From contig NC_057720.1 of assembly GCF_004010195.1 (NCBI RefSeq), positions 29,165,732 through 29,229,731 on the forward strand: a DNA stretch of 64,000 bases, written 5' to 3'. The stretch is from Chiloscyllium plagiosum. Its lineage: Eukaryota. A program made the position numbers and the translations under genes. The notes under the pieces are model-generated. The model made no database searches and was not told the origin of the DNA. It saw only the letters and a list, made by a program, of their open reading frames with translations. Shown piece by piece: positions 38,045 through 50,985 of the stretch (positions within the stretch are counted from its first letter, which is position 1; every line of letters begins with the position of its first letter).

Positions 38045-39795
38045 AGCCCATAAGATAGAAGAGCAGAAATTAGGCCATTCGGCCCATCGAGTCCGCTCTG
38101 CCTTTCAATTGCGGCTGATAGGTTTCTCAACCCCACTATCCAGCTTTCTCCCCATAACCCTTGATCCCCTCGATATTCAAGAACTTATCGATCTCAGTCT
38201 TAAATATACTCAATGACCTGGCCTCCACAGCCTTCTCTGGCATGAATTCCATAGATTCACCACTCTCTGGCTGAAGAGGTTTCTTCTTATCTCTGTTCTA
38301 AAATGTCTTCCATTTACTCCAAAACCATGCCCTCATGTCCTAGTCTCTCCTACCAATGAAAACATCTTCCCAACGTCTACTCTGTCCAGGCCATTCAGTA
38401 ATTTGTATGTTTCAATTAGAACCCTCCTCATCCCCTAAGCTCCCATGTATAAACCAGAGTCCTCAAACGTTCCTCATATGTTAAGATTTTCATTCCTGGG
38501 ATGATTCTAGTGAACCTCCTCTGAACACACTCCAGGGCCAGCATATCTTTCCTGATATATTGAGCCTAAAACTGCGCACAATACTCAAAATGTGGTCTGA
38601 CTGGAGCCTTATATAGCCTCTGAAGTACATCCCTGCTTTTATATTCAAGTCCTCTCAAAATAAATGCCATTGTTGCACTTGCCTTCCTAACTACTGACTC
38701 AACCTGCAAGTTTAGCTTGAGAGAATCCTGGACTAGAATGCCCAAGTCTCTTTGCACTGAGACTTCTGAATTTTCTTCCCATTTAGGAAATAGTCCATGC
38801 CTCTATTCTTCCTTCCAAAGTGCATGTCCTCACACTTTCCCACGTTGTACTCCATCTGCCACTTCTTTGCCTACTCTCCTAACCTGTCCAAATCCTTCTG
38901 CAGCCTCCTTGCCTCCTCAATGCTACCTGCCCCTCTACCTATTGTTTTATTATCTGCAAACTTAGCCAGAATGCCCTCAGTTCCCTTATCTAGATTGTTA
39001 ATGTATAAAGTGAAAAGTTGTGGTCCCAACACTGAGGCTTGCAGAACGCCTCTTGTCACCAGCTACCATCCTGAAAAGGACCCTTTTATCTGCACTCTGT
39101 CTGCTTTCTGTCAGACAGCCAAACTTCTATCCATGCTAGCACCTTGCCTCTGACGCCATGGGCCCTTAACTTACTCAGTAGCCTCCTGTGCCGTACCTTG
39201 TCAAAGGCCTTCTTTAATTCCAGGTAGATAAAATTCATTGGCTCTCTTTGATGTAATCTCTCATTACTTCCTCAAAGAATTCTAACAGCTTTGCCAGGCG
39301 TGACCTCTCCTTGATGAAACCATGTTATCTTTGCTCTATTTTGCCATACACTTCCAAGTATTCAGAAATCTCATACTTCACAATGGAATCCAGGATCTTA
39401 CCCACAACTGAGGTTAGGCTAATTGGTCTGTAATTTTCCGTCTTTTGTCTTAGTCCCTTTTTAAACAGGGATGTCACATTAGCAATTTTTCAGTCTTCTG
39501 GGAGCCTCGCTGATTCTAGCAATTTCTGAAAGATCACCACTAACACTTCCATTATCTCTTCAGCTATTTCCGCTAGAACTCTGGGGTATAGTCCATCTGG
39601 TCCAGGTGATTTATCCACCTTCAGGCCATTCAGTTTTTCTAGCACCTTCTCCTTGGTGATGACCACCATAGTCGGCTCTGCCCCCTCACTCTTTTGAATT
39701 TTTGGGTTATTACTTGTGTCTTCCACATGAAGACTGACACCAAGTAATTATTTAGTTCCTCAACCATTTCCTTGTTCCCCACTACTGTTTGTCCA
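38045..39795 (-). mobile_element. CR1 LINE ORF2 fragment (second subfamily)
   Basis: ORFs 39490-39726 (LKVDKSPGPDGLYPRVL), 38871-39059 (SVLGPQLFTLYIN...KFADNK), 38566-38757. Confidence 0.92.
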
Positions 39796-40629
39796 TGTGA
39801 ACTTGTTCATATCTGGCACATATAATAGAAAAGGAATGTGCTTTTAAAAACCTGATGCATAGGAATCTAGACATCCTGGTACGTGAATTATAACAAATTA
39901 GTTTGCCAAAATAGCAAATCTTTGGGAAGTTGAATGGAATGTAAGTGTTTATTTTAAGGGGAATGGAACAAAAAGTAGGGAGGTTTTACTCTAGTTGTAC
40001 AGTGCACTGGTGAAACCACATCTGTTCAGTTTTGGTCTCCTTATTTTGATAAAATGAAGTTACTTCAGAAGCCGTTTGGAGATGGTGCAGTGAACTCATT
40101 ACTGGATGAAGGTCTTACTTTATGAAGAAAGTTTGAGCAGGTCAGGCCTAAACGCATTGGAATTCAGAAGAACGAGATGTGATTTTTAACAAAATATATG
40201 CATTTGAAAGGATTGGATACCAGAAGGATATGGGAGAAACTAAAATTAGGGACATAGTTGAAGAATAAGAGGCCTTTCTTTTAAGATGAATGAGGACTTG
40301 TTTTCTCTGAGGCTTGTAGTGTCTTCAGGTGGTAGTTGAAATTGTTAAGTTTACTTGATGTAGAGATTGATCTTTTGATTGATAAAGCCATCGAGGATCA
40401 TGGAGTGCAATAGGAAAGTAGAGCCGAGACTACAACCAGAGTGGCGGAGCATCTTATTAAATGGCAGAGCAGGCTTGAAGAGCTAAATGGCTTACTCCTG
40501 TTGCTGCAACATTCTGTGTGAAGTTGTGGGAGCTGTGGCTATCTTCATACTGCTTATTCATGGTCCCTTTTCCTGCCTGGCTCCTTGGCCTATTCTGCTG
40601 AAAGGCTGCCAATCCTACCATCATTCATT

Positions 40630-41220
40630 CGTAGTACCCATGGCTCAGTTTTAACAAGTAAAAGGTTGGAGGTTTTATGTTCCATTCCAAGGATTTGAGC
40701 ACACAATATCCACTGCACTAACTGGAGGTGCCATTGTTTGGATGATAAGTTAAACTGAGACTCCACAACCCTTTCAAATAGATGTGAAAGATCCCACAAC
40801 ATTGTTTTGAAGAACAGAAGTGGAGTTGTCCCCACATCTGGCCAATATATTATTCCTCAGTCTACATAATTAGATTAAAAATCACACAACACCAGGTTAT
40901 AGTCTAACAGGTTTAATTGGAAGCACGTTAGCTTTCGGAGCGACACTCCTTCATCGGGTGATTGTCCTGAAGGAGCGTCGCTCCAAAAGCTAGTGTGCTT
41001 CCAATTAAACCTGTTAACCTGGTGTTGTGTGATTTTTAACTTTGTACAGCCCAGTCCAACACCGGCATCTCCGAATCATACATAATTAGAGGTTTTCTGA
41101 TGCTTTGTCACATTGTTGTTTATTAGATCTGACCGCGTGTGAGTTGGTTGCTGCACCTCCTGCATTGAAACAGTAACAAAGTACACCATTATTTGCAGAA
41201 GGGCTTTGGGCTGTCCTAAA
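40630..41220 (+). mobile_element. DeuSINE (SacSINE1/AmnSINE-type Deu domain), interrupted
   Basis: GGATGATAAGTTAAACTGAG...GATGTGAAAGATCCCACAACATTGTTTTGAAGAA...CTGGCCAATAT, and after the insertion ...TTGGTTGCTGC...GCTTTGGG, matching my recollection of the Deu-domain consensus. Confidence 0.7.
40875..41078. mobile_element. Penelope inverted terminal-repeat element, second family, 12-bp TSD
   Basis: TTAAAAATCACACAACACCAGGTT / AACCTGGTGTTGTGTGATTTTTAA inverted arms; TACATAATTAGA at 40863-40874 and 41079-41090. Confidence 0.85.
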
Positions 41221-42127
41221 GCATTTTCCTTGATACCCCACTCTTGACATCCAGGATCCCTAGACTTGCTGCCCTTGCCCTTCATTCTTAGAAAAACACA
41301 CTGGCCCTGAATTCTCACTACCCTACTTGCAAATGGCTCCCACTTTCCAAGTGTGGATTGTACCTTCAAGTACTTGCTCCTAGTCTATGTTTGCTAGTTC
41401 CTGCCTAATTATATTGCAATTGGCCTTCTGCCAATTTAGACACAAACTTTTGTATTATCCTTATTCCTTTACATGATGACCTTTAAACTTAGAGTTATGG
41501 TCACTGTCCCCAAGTTTTCACCCATTGAACCTTGAACTATTTGACCAGTTTCATTCCCTAGGATTAGGTCCAGCACTGCCCCATCTCAAAAAGGTCTACC
41601 GAATTGCATAAAATGTTCTCCAGGATGCACTTTTAAAATTCCACCCTGTTCTAATCCTTTCATATCCAGTTAATCCCAGTTAATGTTAAGAAACCTCTAC
41701 AACTATAACCCTGTTTCTTGTAATTTGCGTACAGATTTGCTCCTCTATCTCCCTGTGAGGAGGCCTGCATTATAATCCCAGCAAGGTAATTGCCTCTTTT
41801 TTTATTTCTAAACTCTACCCAGATGACCTCATTTGAAGACCCATCAAGGACTTCCTCCTGCATTACTGCAAGTGATAGCTTTCTTTATCAATAATGCAAA
41901 TTCCATCTTTCTTACTCCCCCCCCACCCTTGACTTGAAGGTTGAGGAGAGCAGAATGACAAAGGCTTGCTGTATCCTTTCTATTATGTTCATTTTTTTTC
42001 ACTCTTTGCTACTGAAAGTAACTGTTAATGTACATCCTGGCTTTGTATATTTCTGAATTTGTTCCTTCCGAACTGAATACTTTACAACCGTGAAATAAAC
42101 AAGATAAACAAGATTTTCACCCTTTTC

Positions 42128-42596
42128 TGGAAAGGGTGAAAATAGATAAGTCCCCTGGGCCTGATGGCATTTATCCTAGGATTCTCTGGGAAGCAAGGGA
42201 GGAGATTGCAGAGCCATTGGCCTTGATTTTTATGTCCTCGTTGTCTACAGGAGTAGTGCCAGAAGATTGGAGGCTAGCAAATGTGGTTCCCTTGTTCAAA
42301 AAGGGGAGTAGGGATAACCCTAGTAACTATAGGCCAGTGAGTCTCACTTATGTTGTGGGCAAAGTCTTAGAGAGAATTGTAAGGGATAGGATTTATGAAC
42401 ATCTGGATAGGAATAATGTGATCAAGGATAGTCAGCATGGTTTTGTGAAGGGCAAGTCGTGCCTCACAAACCTTATTGAATTCTTTGAAAAGGTGACGAA
42501 GGAGGTTGATGAGGGGAAAGCGGTAGATGTGGTATACATGGACTTTATTAAGGCGTTTGATAAGATTTCCCATGGTAGACTAATGGAGAAATTGAA
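42128..42596 (+). mobile_element. Young CR1 RT N-terminal fragment (open frame)
   Basis: ORF 42136-42603: KSPGPDGIYPRIL...NYRPVSLT...SQHGF..GKSCLTNL...YMDFIKAFDK. Confidence 0.95.
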
Positions 42597-42983
42597 TGTC
42601 TGATGCCAATGTCTATGGATGTGTGGTGCAGCCAGTTGCTGACTCAGTATCCTGAGACATTGGCACAGTGTGACCAAGATGGAGGTGCAGAGGAGCGAGA
42701 GGTGAGCTGGTTTTGCCAGGTGGCCACTGTGCCTTTCCTGTTGGGAATTCTCAATGTCTCATTTCTATCCAGTGGATGGGAGAATGGGAACCTACACATT
42801 GATGAGGAGAGTTGAGGTAATAATGAGGGCGATAGCGAGCAATAATCCATGCAAGTAGATCTCTCACCACTCGCTGGAGAATATCTGGTCTTGCTGTGCG
42901 TTAGGAATTGGGACTTTTCCCTCTTGTCATCAAGAAAGCCCTGACTAGACATCTCGCCTAATTTTTCTAACTTTCTCACCGTG

Positions 42984-43425
42984 GTTTACCAGGATGTTGC
43001 CTGGTATGGTAGGAAGATTGTGTGAGGAAAGGCTGAGGCACTTGGGGTTGTTTTCATTGGAGAAAAGAAGGTTTAGGGGTGACTTGATAGAGGTGTACAA
43101 GATGATTAGGAGTTTAGATAGGGTCGACAGTGAGAATCTTTTTCCACGTATGGAGTCAGCTATTACAAGGGGGCATAGCTTTAAATTAAGGGGGGGGAGA
43201 TATAGGATAGATGTTAGGGGTAGGTTCTTTACTCAGCGAGTCGTGAGTTCATGGAATGCCCTGCCAGTAGCAGTGGTGGACTCTCTCCCTCATTATGGGC
43301 ATTTAAGCGGGCATTGGATAGGCATATGGAGGATAGTGGGCTAGTGTAGGTTAGGTGGGCTTGGATCGGCGCAACATTGAGGGCCGAAGGGCCTGTACTG
43401 CGCTGTATTCTTCTATGTTCTATGT
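42984..43425 (+). mobile_element. CR1 3' end
   Basis: ORF 42994-43344: EERLRHLGLFSLEKRRFRGDLIEVYK...FFTQRVVSSWNALP, with tail. Confidence 0.92.
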
Positions 43426-43653
43426 ACTATATGCACATTTCTTGAAACTGACTCATTTGGTTTGTTTCAGTCTTTTGGTATTCTCAATGCTATCTGTTTC
43501 ATTGATTCCATTTCAGTTCCCTGGATTTGCCTCAATCTCTGGTCAGATGATCACAGCTCTGTATTTAGGTCAATATTTGTTCTTTCCAAAAAACATGTTT
43601 TAGTCCATGAAAGATCTTGGATATGATAATCAGATGATGGATGTTCTAGTGAT

Positions 43654-43879
43654 TGTAATGAGGTCAGCCAGCTGGACATCATAGAATATGAGTTCCCTGA
43701 TTGGGGCTGTTGATTTGGTCCAATCAGGGAGCCTTGGCTGACATTTAAAAATGGTGAGTGTCAGAGAAACTGACACTCGGGTGCTTGACTCTCTCTAACG
43801 CAGTACCATAGTCAAGGACTATCAATGTCTAAATAACGGGTGACTTGGTGACTGGATACAAGCCTCTGGAGTTATTTCA
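43654..43879 (+). mobile_element. Short solo-LTR-like repeat
   Basis: TGTAATGAGG...GTTATTTCA (TG...CA ends); second copy inverted at 9046-9263. No clean TSD. Confidence 0.65.
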
Positions 43880-43929
43880 GGCATTGAATATTGACAGTCC
43901 ATTTTTACTGTGATTGTAACAATGGCACC

Positions 43930-44370
43930 CATAGAGATGTACCGCACGGAAACAGACCCTTTGGTCCAACCCGTCCATGCCGACCAGATATCCCAACCCA
44001 ATCTAGTCCCAACTGCCAGCATCTGGCCCATATCCCTCCAAACCCTTCCTATTCAGATACCCATCCAAATGCCTTTTAAATGTTGCAATTGTACCAGCCT
44101 CCACCACTTTCGCTGGCTCATTCCATACACGCACCACCCTCTGCGTGAAAATGTTGCCCCGTAGGTCTCTTTTGTATCTTTCCCCTCTCACCCTAAACCT
44201 ATATCCTCTAGTTCTGGACTCCCCGACCCCAGGGAAAAAACTTTGCCTGTTTATTCTACCCAAGCCCCTCATAATTTTGTAAACCTCTATAAGGTCACCC
44301 CTCAGCCTCTGACGCTCCAGGGAAAACAGCCCCAGCCTGTTCAGCCTCTCGCTATAGCTCAAACCTCCTA
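43930..44370 (-). mobile_element. CR1/HER1 3' fragment
   Basis: ORF 44003-44362: SYSERLNRLGLFSLERQRLRGDLIEVYK. Confidence 0.92.
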
Positions 44371-44454
44371 AGTTTCACAATTTCATGTTAATCAACCACC
44401 TGTTCAATCAAGCAAAGACACCTAGAGATGTAGATGCATAGTTCCGTGAAAGTG

Positions 44455-47410
44455 CCATAGAGCCATGGAGACCTACAACGGAGACAGACCCTTTGGCCCA
44501 AGCTCATCCATGCCGATCAAAATGTCCATCCAGGCTAACCCTATTTCCCTGTACATGGCCCATATCCCTCTATACTCTTTCTATCGATGTATTTGTCAAA
44601 ATGTCTTTTAAATGTTGTTAATGTACCCTTCTGCTGGGAGCTCATTCCCTATGTGTTCCACCCTCTGTGTAAAAAAACAAAAAAATTACTCCTCAGGTTC
44701 CCTTTAATCTTTTTTCTCCTCTACCCTTGAACTGATGCTCTCGAGTCTTTGATTCCTTAACCCTCGGAAAAAGACTGAGTGCATTCACCCTTTCCATGCC
44801 CCTTATAATCTTATAATCTATGAGATCCCACCTCAGTCTCCTATGCTCTAAAGAAAAAAGTCCTAGCTTGTCCAATCTCTCCCTATAGCTTAGACCATTG
44901 GGTCCTGGCAATACCATTGTAAATTTCTTCAGCGCTCTTTCCAGTTTAATAGCATCCTTCCTATAGCAAGGTGACCAAAACTGTACACAATACTCCCAAG
45001 TGCGGCCTCACTAACATCCTGTACAACTGCCACATAGCTTCTCAACTTCTATACTCAGAGTCATGATGATGAAGGCCGGTGTGACAAAAAGCCTTCTTCA
45101 CTGCCCTGTCTACCTATGACTCCACTTTCAGAGGACCATGCAAGTGAACTCCAAGGTCCCTCTGTTCCACTACACCCCTTAAAGCCTTACCGTTCACCAT
45201 GAAACTCCTACATTAATTTGATTTTCCAAATGCAAAACCTCACATGTATCACCAGAACAGCCTTTGTTATCCGAACATCAATTATCCAAATTTCAGATTA
45301 TCCAAACAAGATCTCAAGGTTCCATAAATTTTTTTATTAAATTTAAATAAACGTACAGCGGGAGCAGGAACAGGGCTGCCACGGGAACCTTGATCAGTTA
45401 TCCAAACAAAATACTCCCCACCTGCCTCGTTCAGATTATCAAGGTTTTTCTGTATATATTAACCTCCATTTGCTAATTCTCGGCCCACTTCCTCAGTTGA
45501 TCAAGGTTCTGCTGCAATTTCTCTTAATGTTCCTCATTTTCCACGATACTGCCTATTTTAGTGTCATCTGCAAACTTACTAATCACTCCTTGTACATTCT
45601 CCTCCAAATCATTAATACAGATAACAAACAACAATGGGCCTGGCACTGACCTCTGAGGCACTCCATTAGACACAGGTCTCCAGTCAAACAAGCATCCTTT
45701 CACAATTACCCTCTGCTTCCTACCATTAAGCCAATTGTGTATCCAATTTGGCAGCTTCCCCTGGATTCCATGTGATCTAAACTTCCTGAGTAGCCTACCT
45801 TGTGGAACTTAATCAAAGGTAGATTAGATTAGATTATTAGATTACAGTGTGGAAACCGGCCCTTCGGCTCAACAAGTCCACACTGACCCTCCAAAGTGTA
45901 ACCCACTCAGTGCCATTTCCCTCTGGCTAATGCACCTAACATTATGAGAAATTTAGCATGGCCTGCACATCTTTGGACTTACTGAAATCTACATAGACTA
46001 CATCTACCACCCTGCCTTTGTCTATATTCCTGGTCACTTCATTAAAGAACTCTGACAAACTTGGGAGGTATGATCTCTACACACAAAGCCATGCTGATCA
46101 TTCCTAATTAAACCCTGTCTTTCCAAATACACGTATATCTTATCTATCAAAATCTTGTCAAGTAATTTACCTACCACTTAGGCTTACTGGTCTATAGTTC
46201 CCAGGTTTTTCTTTGCAGCCCTTCTTGAATAAGGGCACAAATTCACTACCCTCTAGTCTTTTGGGAGCTGACCAGTGGTTAATGATGATGCAAAACAATC
46301 AGCCAGGGTCTCCACAACTTCTTCTATAGCCTCTTGCAGTGTTAGCATGGACAGCAGGGAAACAGACTCTTCGGTCCACCTTGTCAATGCCGATAGAGTC
46401 ATGGCCTGCTGAAAGAGTCATAGTCTTGGATATATCTGGTCAGGACCAGGAGATTTACCCACTTCACACATTCTAATACATCCATAACTTCCTCTACTGT
46501 GATTATGGACTGTCCCCAAGATATGACCACTAACTTCCTCAAGTTCCCAAGTCTTCATGTCTTTTTCCACTGTAAACACAGAAGAAATATTAATTGAGGA
46601 TCTCGCCCATCTCCTGTGGTTCTATACATACATGTCCACTTTGGTCCTTGTGGCATCCTATTCTCTCTAGTTATTCTTTTTCCTTTAATATACTTAAAGA
46701 ACCTCTTTGGATTTACCATAATCATCTCAGCCAAGGCTATCTCATGCCCTCTTTTTGCCCTCGTGATTTCCTTCAACAGTAGATTCCTGTATCCCCTATA
46801 TATCTCCAGGGATTCCCTTGATCCCAGGAGCCTATACATGAACCATACCTCCTTTTTTTCTGGTCAAAGCCAAGATATCTGTTGTCATCCAGTGTTCACT
46901 ATGCTTATCAACTTTGCCTTTCACCCTTACAGGAATATATAGACCTTGAACTCTAGCTATCTCACTTTTAAAGGCCTCCCATTTGCCAGTGGTCCCTTTG
47001 CCTACAAACAAGATACTCTAGTCAACCCCTGCAAGCTCCTGTCTAATTCCAACAAAATTCACCTTGACCCAATTTAGAACTTGAACTTTTGGACCAGTTT
47101 TGTCCCTCTCCATAACTATTTTAAAATTAATAGACCTATGGTCACTGGTCCCAAAGTGCTTCCCCACTGTCACCTCAATCAGCTGTCCTGCCCTATTTCC
47201 CAGAAGTAGGTCAGGTTTTGCCTTTTCCTGAGTAGGACCCTGTATATACTGCTCGAGGAAACGTTCCTGAATGCACTTAACAAATTCAACCCCACCTAAA
47301 ACCTTTAATGCTCTGGCAGTCCCAGTCTGTGAGGAAAATTAAAATCCCTGACTATGACAGCCCTATTGCTCCTGAATGTCTCCCCAGTCTCCCTGCATAT
47401 TTGTTCCTCT
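44455..47410 (-). mobile_element. Long degenerate CR1 ORF2 (~3 kb) with nested MITE and HE1 fragment (45821-45978)
   Basis: ORFs 44693-44917 and 46555-46839 (RAKRGHEIALA...NPKRFFKYIKGKR); colinear RT motifs in between. Confidence 0.88.
45253..45452. mobile_element. Tigger/pogo-type MITE nested in CR1
   Basis: CAGAACAGCCTTTGTTATCCGAAC ... GTTCAGATTATCAAGGTTTTTCTG|TA imperfect TIRs; internal TTATCC(G/A)AA repeats. Confidence 0.7.
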
Positions 47411-47648
47411 AAACTGAAAGTGAAGTCACAGATAGACAGGGTAGTGAAGAAGACATTTGAACACTTGCCTTCATTGGTTAAAATATTGAATTTAGGAGTT
47501 GGGATATTATATTGTGGCCATACAGGACATTGTTGAGGCTGCTTTTAGAATACTGCATTCAATTCTGGTTGAACTTCCATAGGAAGGATGTTATTAAACT
47601 TGAGAGGGTGCAGAAAGGTTTTACAAGGATGCTGTTGGGACTGGAGGG

Positions 47649-48263
47649 TGTGACGAAGCTGTTCCTGTAACAAGGTTAGGTTGTCCTTGGTTTTTCTCTT
47701 CAGGAGGTTGGGAAAAAACAGGTTCTGAAAAGTCTGAGTTTGGATGGGTTTTAGGGCCAATTTCTTTCAGCTAACAGATACTGCCTCAGGCAGAGGGCAT
47801 TCAAGCTTTTTAAAAAAAACTTGTACAATGAAAGGGGTGTGGCCAGTTCTCCCAGCACAGCTTTTCACTGGTTTGGTTTTTTTAAGCAGTAGTTGTTGGA
47901 AACTCTGGAATTCAGAAGCAAGCTCAGGTTGATTCTCCCTCTGACTCCTATCCTGTCAGAATTGGGTTTTGTGCCAAGTGTTAGTTATGGGTATTGTTGC
48001 AAGTATTTTTAGATCAGTGTCATTAAGTGGGATGATCTGTTGGGTTTTTGGATAGGATAAATTACTCGATATGCTGTTTTCTGTTCTTCGTGTTTCATTC
48101 GGTAAGCTTGTAAATAAATTCTGTTTTGTTTAAAACTAAGTGATTTGACTAGCTGATTCTCCCCTGGAATACCCACTTTACACCTGCTGAAAACAACTAG
48201 CAAAGTAGGAGTCTGGGCTACTTTGTTGAAAGGTTTTGAGGGGTCTGGCCTGATCAAAAAACA
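47649..48263. mobile_element. Solo LTR (615 bp) inserted in a CR1 (47413-48660, + strand)
   Basis: TG...CA termini; 4-bp TSD AGGG (47645-47648, 48264-48267); AATAAA at ~48113; CR1 text GGAGGG|TTTGAG restored on removal. Confidence 0.85.
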
Positions 48264-49954
48264 AGGGTTTGAGTTATAGGGAGAGGCTGAATAGGCCAGA
48301 CCTTTTTCATTGGAGCTGAGGGGTGACCTCATAGAGGCTTTTAAAATCATGAGGGTGAATAGCCAAGGTCCTTTTTTCTAGGGTGAGGGAGTCCATAACT
48401 GGAGGGTGTAGGTTTAAGGTGAGGGGGAAAGATTCAAAAAGGATCTGAGAGGTAACTTTCTCACGCAGAGGGTGATGCGTGTATGGAACAAGTGAAAGTG
48501 ATGGAGGTAGGTACAATTAAAAGACATTTGGAAGGATATATGAATAGAGCAACTTTAGAGGGATATGGATCAAATATTGGGAAATGGGAATAGGTTAGAT
48601 TGGAATGTCTAGTCGGCATGGACAGGTTGGACAAAAGGGTCTGTTTCTGGGATGTATGGCACTATCTGGTGTCATATGATATCATTTTATGTTGTGGACC
48701 ATTCTCTTTTGTGTGAAGCAAACAAATGTAACCACATACTACCTTTCTCTAATGTCCTAAGGCAACTGGGAGCCAAACCCATCAATCAGGTTGACTTGGT
48801 GATCGATTATATATTGATCATTAAAATGTTATGAGCAGGTCACAATCGAAAAGGTTGATGGAGTACTGGTGTTTATAGTTGGACAATTAGGAAGGAGAAA
48901 GTAGAAGTTATGCTTCAGTGACACAGTGCCTTTGTTAGACTACACCTGGGGTAATGTGAACGGTTCTGGATATCACACCTCAAATGATATTTTGGCCTTG
49001 GTGGGTGTGATGTCTGCTTTTATCACAATGATATCTGGACTCCGAAAGTTAAATAATGAGGCAACATTGCACAAATTAATGGGATATTTCCTACAATTTT
49101 GAACATAGAAGTGGTCTCATTTAAGTTTTCAAGCTGTCATACAGAGCAATTGCATAGGTTGGGACAAACAATTTCTGGTGGGTTTTCAAGTCTTGGACAA
49201 GAGACATATGCCTAACTCTTTTTAGACTTTCAGGCGTGAAATTAGGAACCACTTCTACATGCAAAGGGATGAGAGAAGTTTTAAATTATTTTCTACAAAC
49301 ATTTTTCTGCTTGATTGATAGTTAATTCTGTCAGTATCACGTATAAAATTATGTAAAGGGTTAACAGGCAAAGGTTGGTATAAAAAGTCAAGTCACAGAA
49401 CAACCATGGTCTTATTGAATGGCAGATAGGAACAGCAGTATGCAATTTAGCCCTATGTTTCTGATTTAGCTTTTCCCTATAACCCTGCAAATTTGTTATT
49501 TTCGTATTCATGTTCAATTGCCTTTTGAAGGTTCTTGTTGTATCTGATTTCACCACTATTTTGAGGTATTCCAGATCACAGATACTCTGAAGAAAATTAT
49601 TCCTATTGCCCTGCCTAATTCTTTTGCCAAAGTATTTTAGCTCTGAGCTCTGGATATCTGCTTACTCATCTTTCTGCATTCTTAGTACAAGCACACCCAA
49701 GAATCTTTGAAAATTAACATTTACTAGTTTCACACCTTTTAAACATGTTCTGCTTGTCTAATATTACAACAAAAGTGAATAATTTCAATCTTCACTGCAT
49801 CTGCTATCTTGTTGCCTGGTCACTTTACCTACCTATATCTCTTTGCAGCCTTTTTGTGTCCTACCCACAGTTTACCTTGCCACCTTAATCAACAAATATA
49901 GATACATTACAGTTCACTGAAGTCATTAGTATAGATTGTAAATGGCTGTGGCCT

Positions 49955-50985
49955 CAGGTAGAGCAAATCAGGGCAGGTCTTGTACAATTAATGGCAAGGT
50001 CCTGGGAAGTGTTGCCAAACAAAGAGACTTTGGAGTGCAGGTTCATAATTCCTTGAAAGTAGAGTCTCGAGCAGACAGGACAGTGAAGGTGATTGGTGCG
50101 TTTGCCTTTATTGAATTGAATTGAATTGAATTGAATTTATTGTCACGTGTACTGAGGCACAGTGAAAAGCTTTGTCTTGTGAGCAATACAGGCCGATCAC
50201 ATAGTTCGGTAGCATAGATAGTAAATAATAGGTAAACAGCGGTAAAAACAAAAACACAGGTACAGGTGAATGTTAATATGAGTCCATTTAGTATTCTAAC
50301 AACAGTAGGGTAGAAACTGTTGCGAAACCGGCTGGTGCGTGTGTTCAGGCTTCTGTACCTTTTCCCTGATGGTAGAGGTTGTAGAAAAACATTGCCATGG
50401 TGGAATGGATCTTTAAGAATGCTGGCGGCCTTTCCTTGACCATAGGCATGTATTATTGGTCAGTACACTGAGGGTAGGCGTTGGGAGGTCATGTTGTGGC
50501 TGTACAGGACATTGGTTAAGCCACTTCTGGAATACTGTGCTCTCCTTGCTATTGGAAAATTGTTGTTAAACTTGAAAAGGTTCAGAAAAGATTTACAATG
50601 ATGTTGGAGGATTTGAGCTATAGGGAGAGGCTTATTAGGCTGGGGTAGGTTTCCCTCGAGCGTCGGAAGCTGAGGAGTGACCTGTAGAGGTTTATAAAAT
50701 CCAGGGTACAGGAGTCCAAAACTAGAGGGCATAGGTTTAAGGTGAGAGGGGAATGATTTAAAAGGGACCTAAGGGGCAACTTTTTCATGCAGAGGGTGGT
50801 GCATTTATGGAATAAACTGCCGGAGGAAGTGGTGGAGGCTGGTACAATTACAACATTTAAAAGGCACCTGGATGCGTACATGAATAATTAGAGGAATATG
50901 GGCCAAATACTGGCAAATAGGACAAGATTAAATTAGGGTATCTGGTCAGCATGGACACGTTGGACTGAAGGGTCTGTTCCCATGA
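49955..50985 (+). mobile_element. CR1/HER1 3' fragment interrupted by a Rex1-like tail
   Basis: INGKVLGSVAKQRDFGVQVHNSLKV, resuming at ~50453 and running to the 3' UTR. Confidence 0.85.
50111..50445 (-). mobile_element. Rex1/Babar-type LINE 3' end
   Basis: Reverse strand encodes PSGKRYRSLNTRTSRFRNSFYPTVVRILN (typical C-terminal motif), then AATAAA and a (TTCAA)n tail. Confidence 0.75.
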
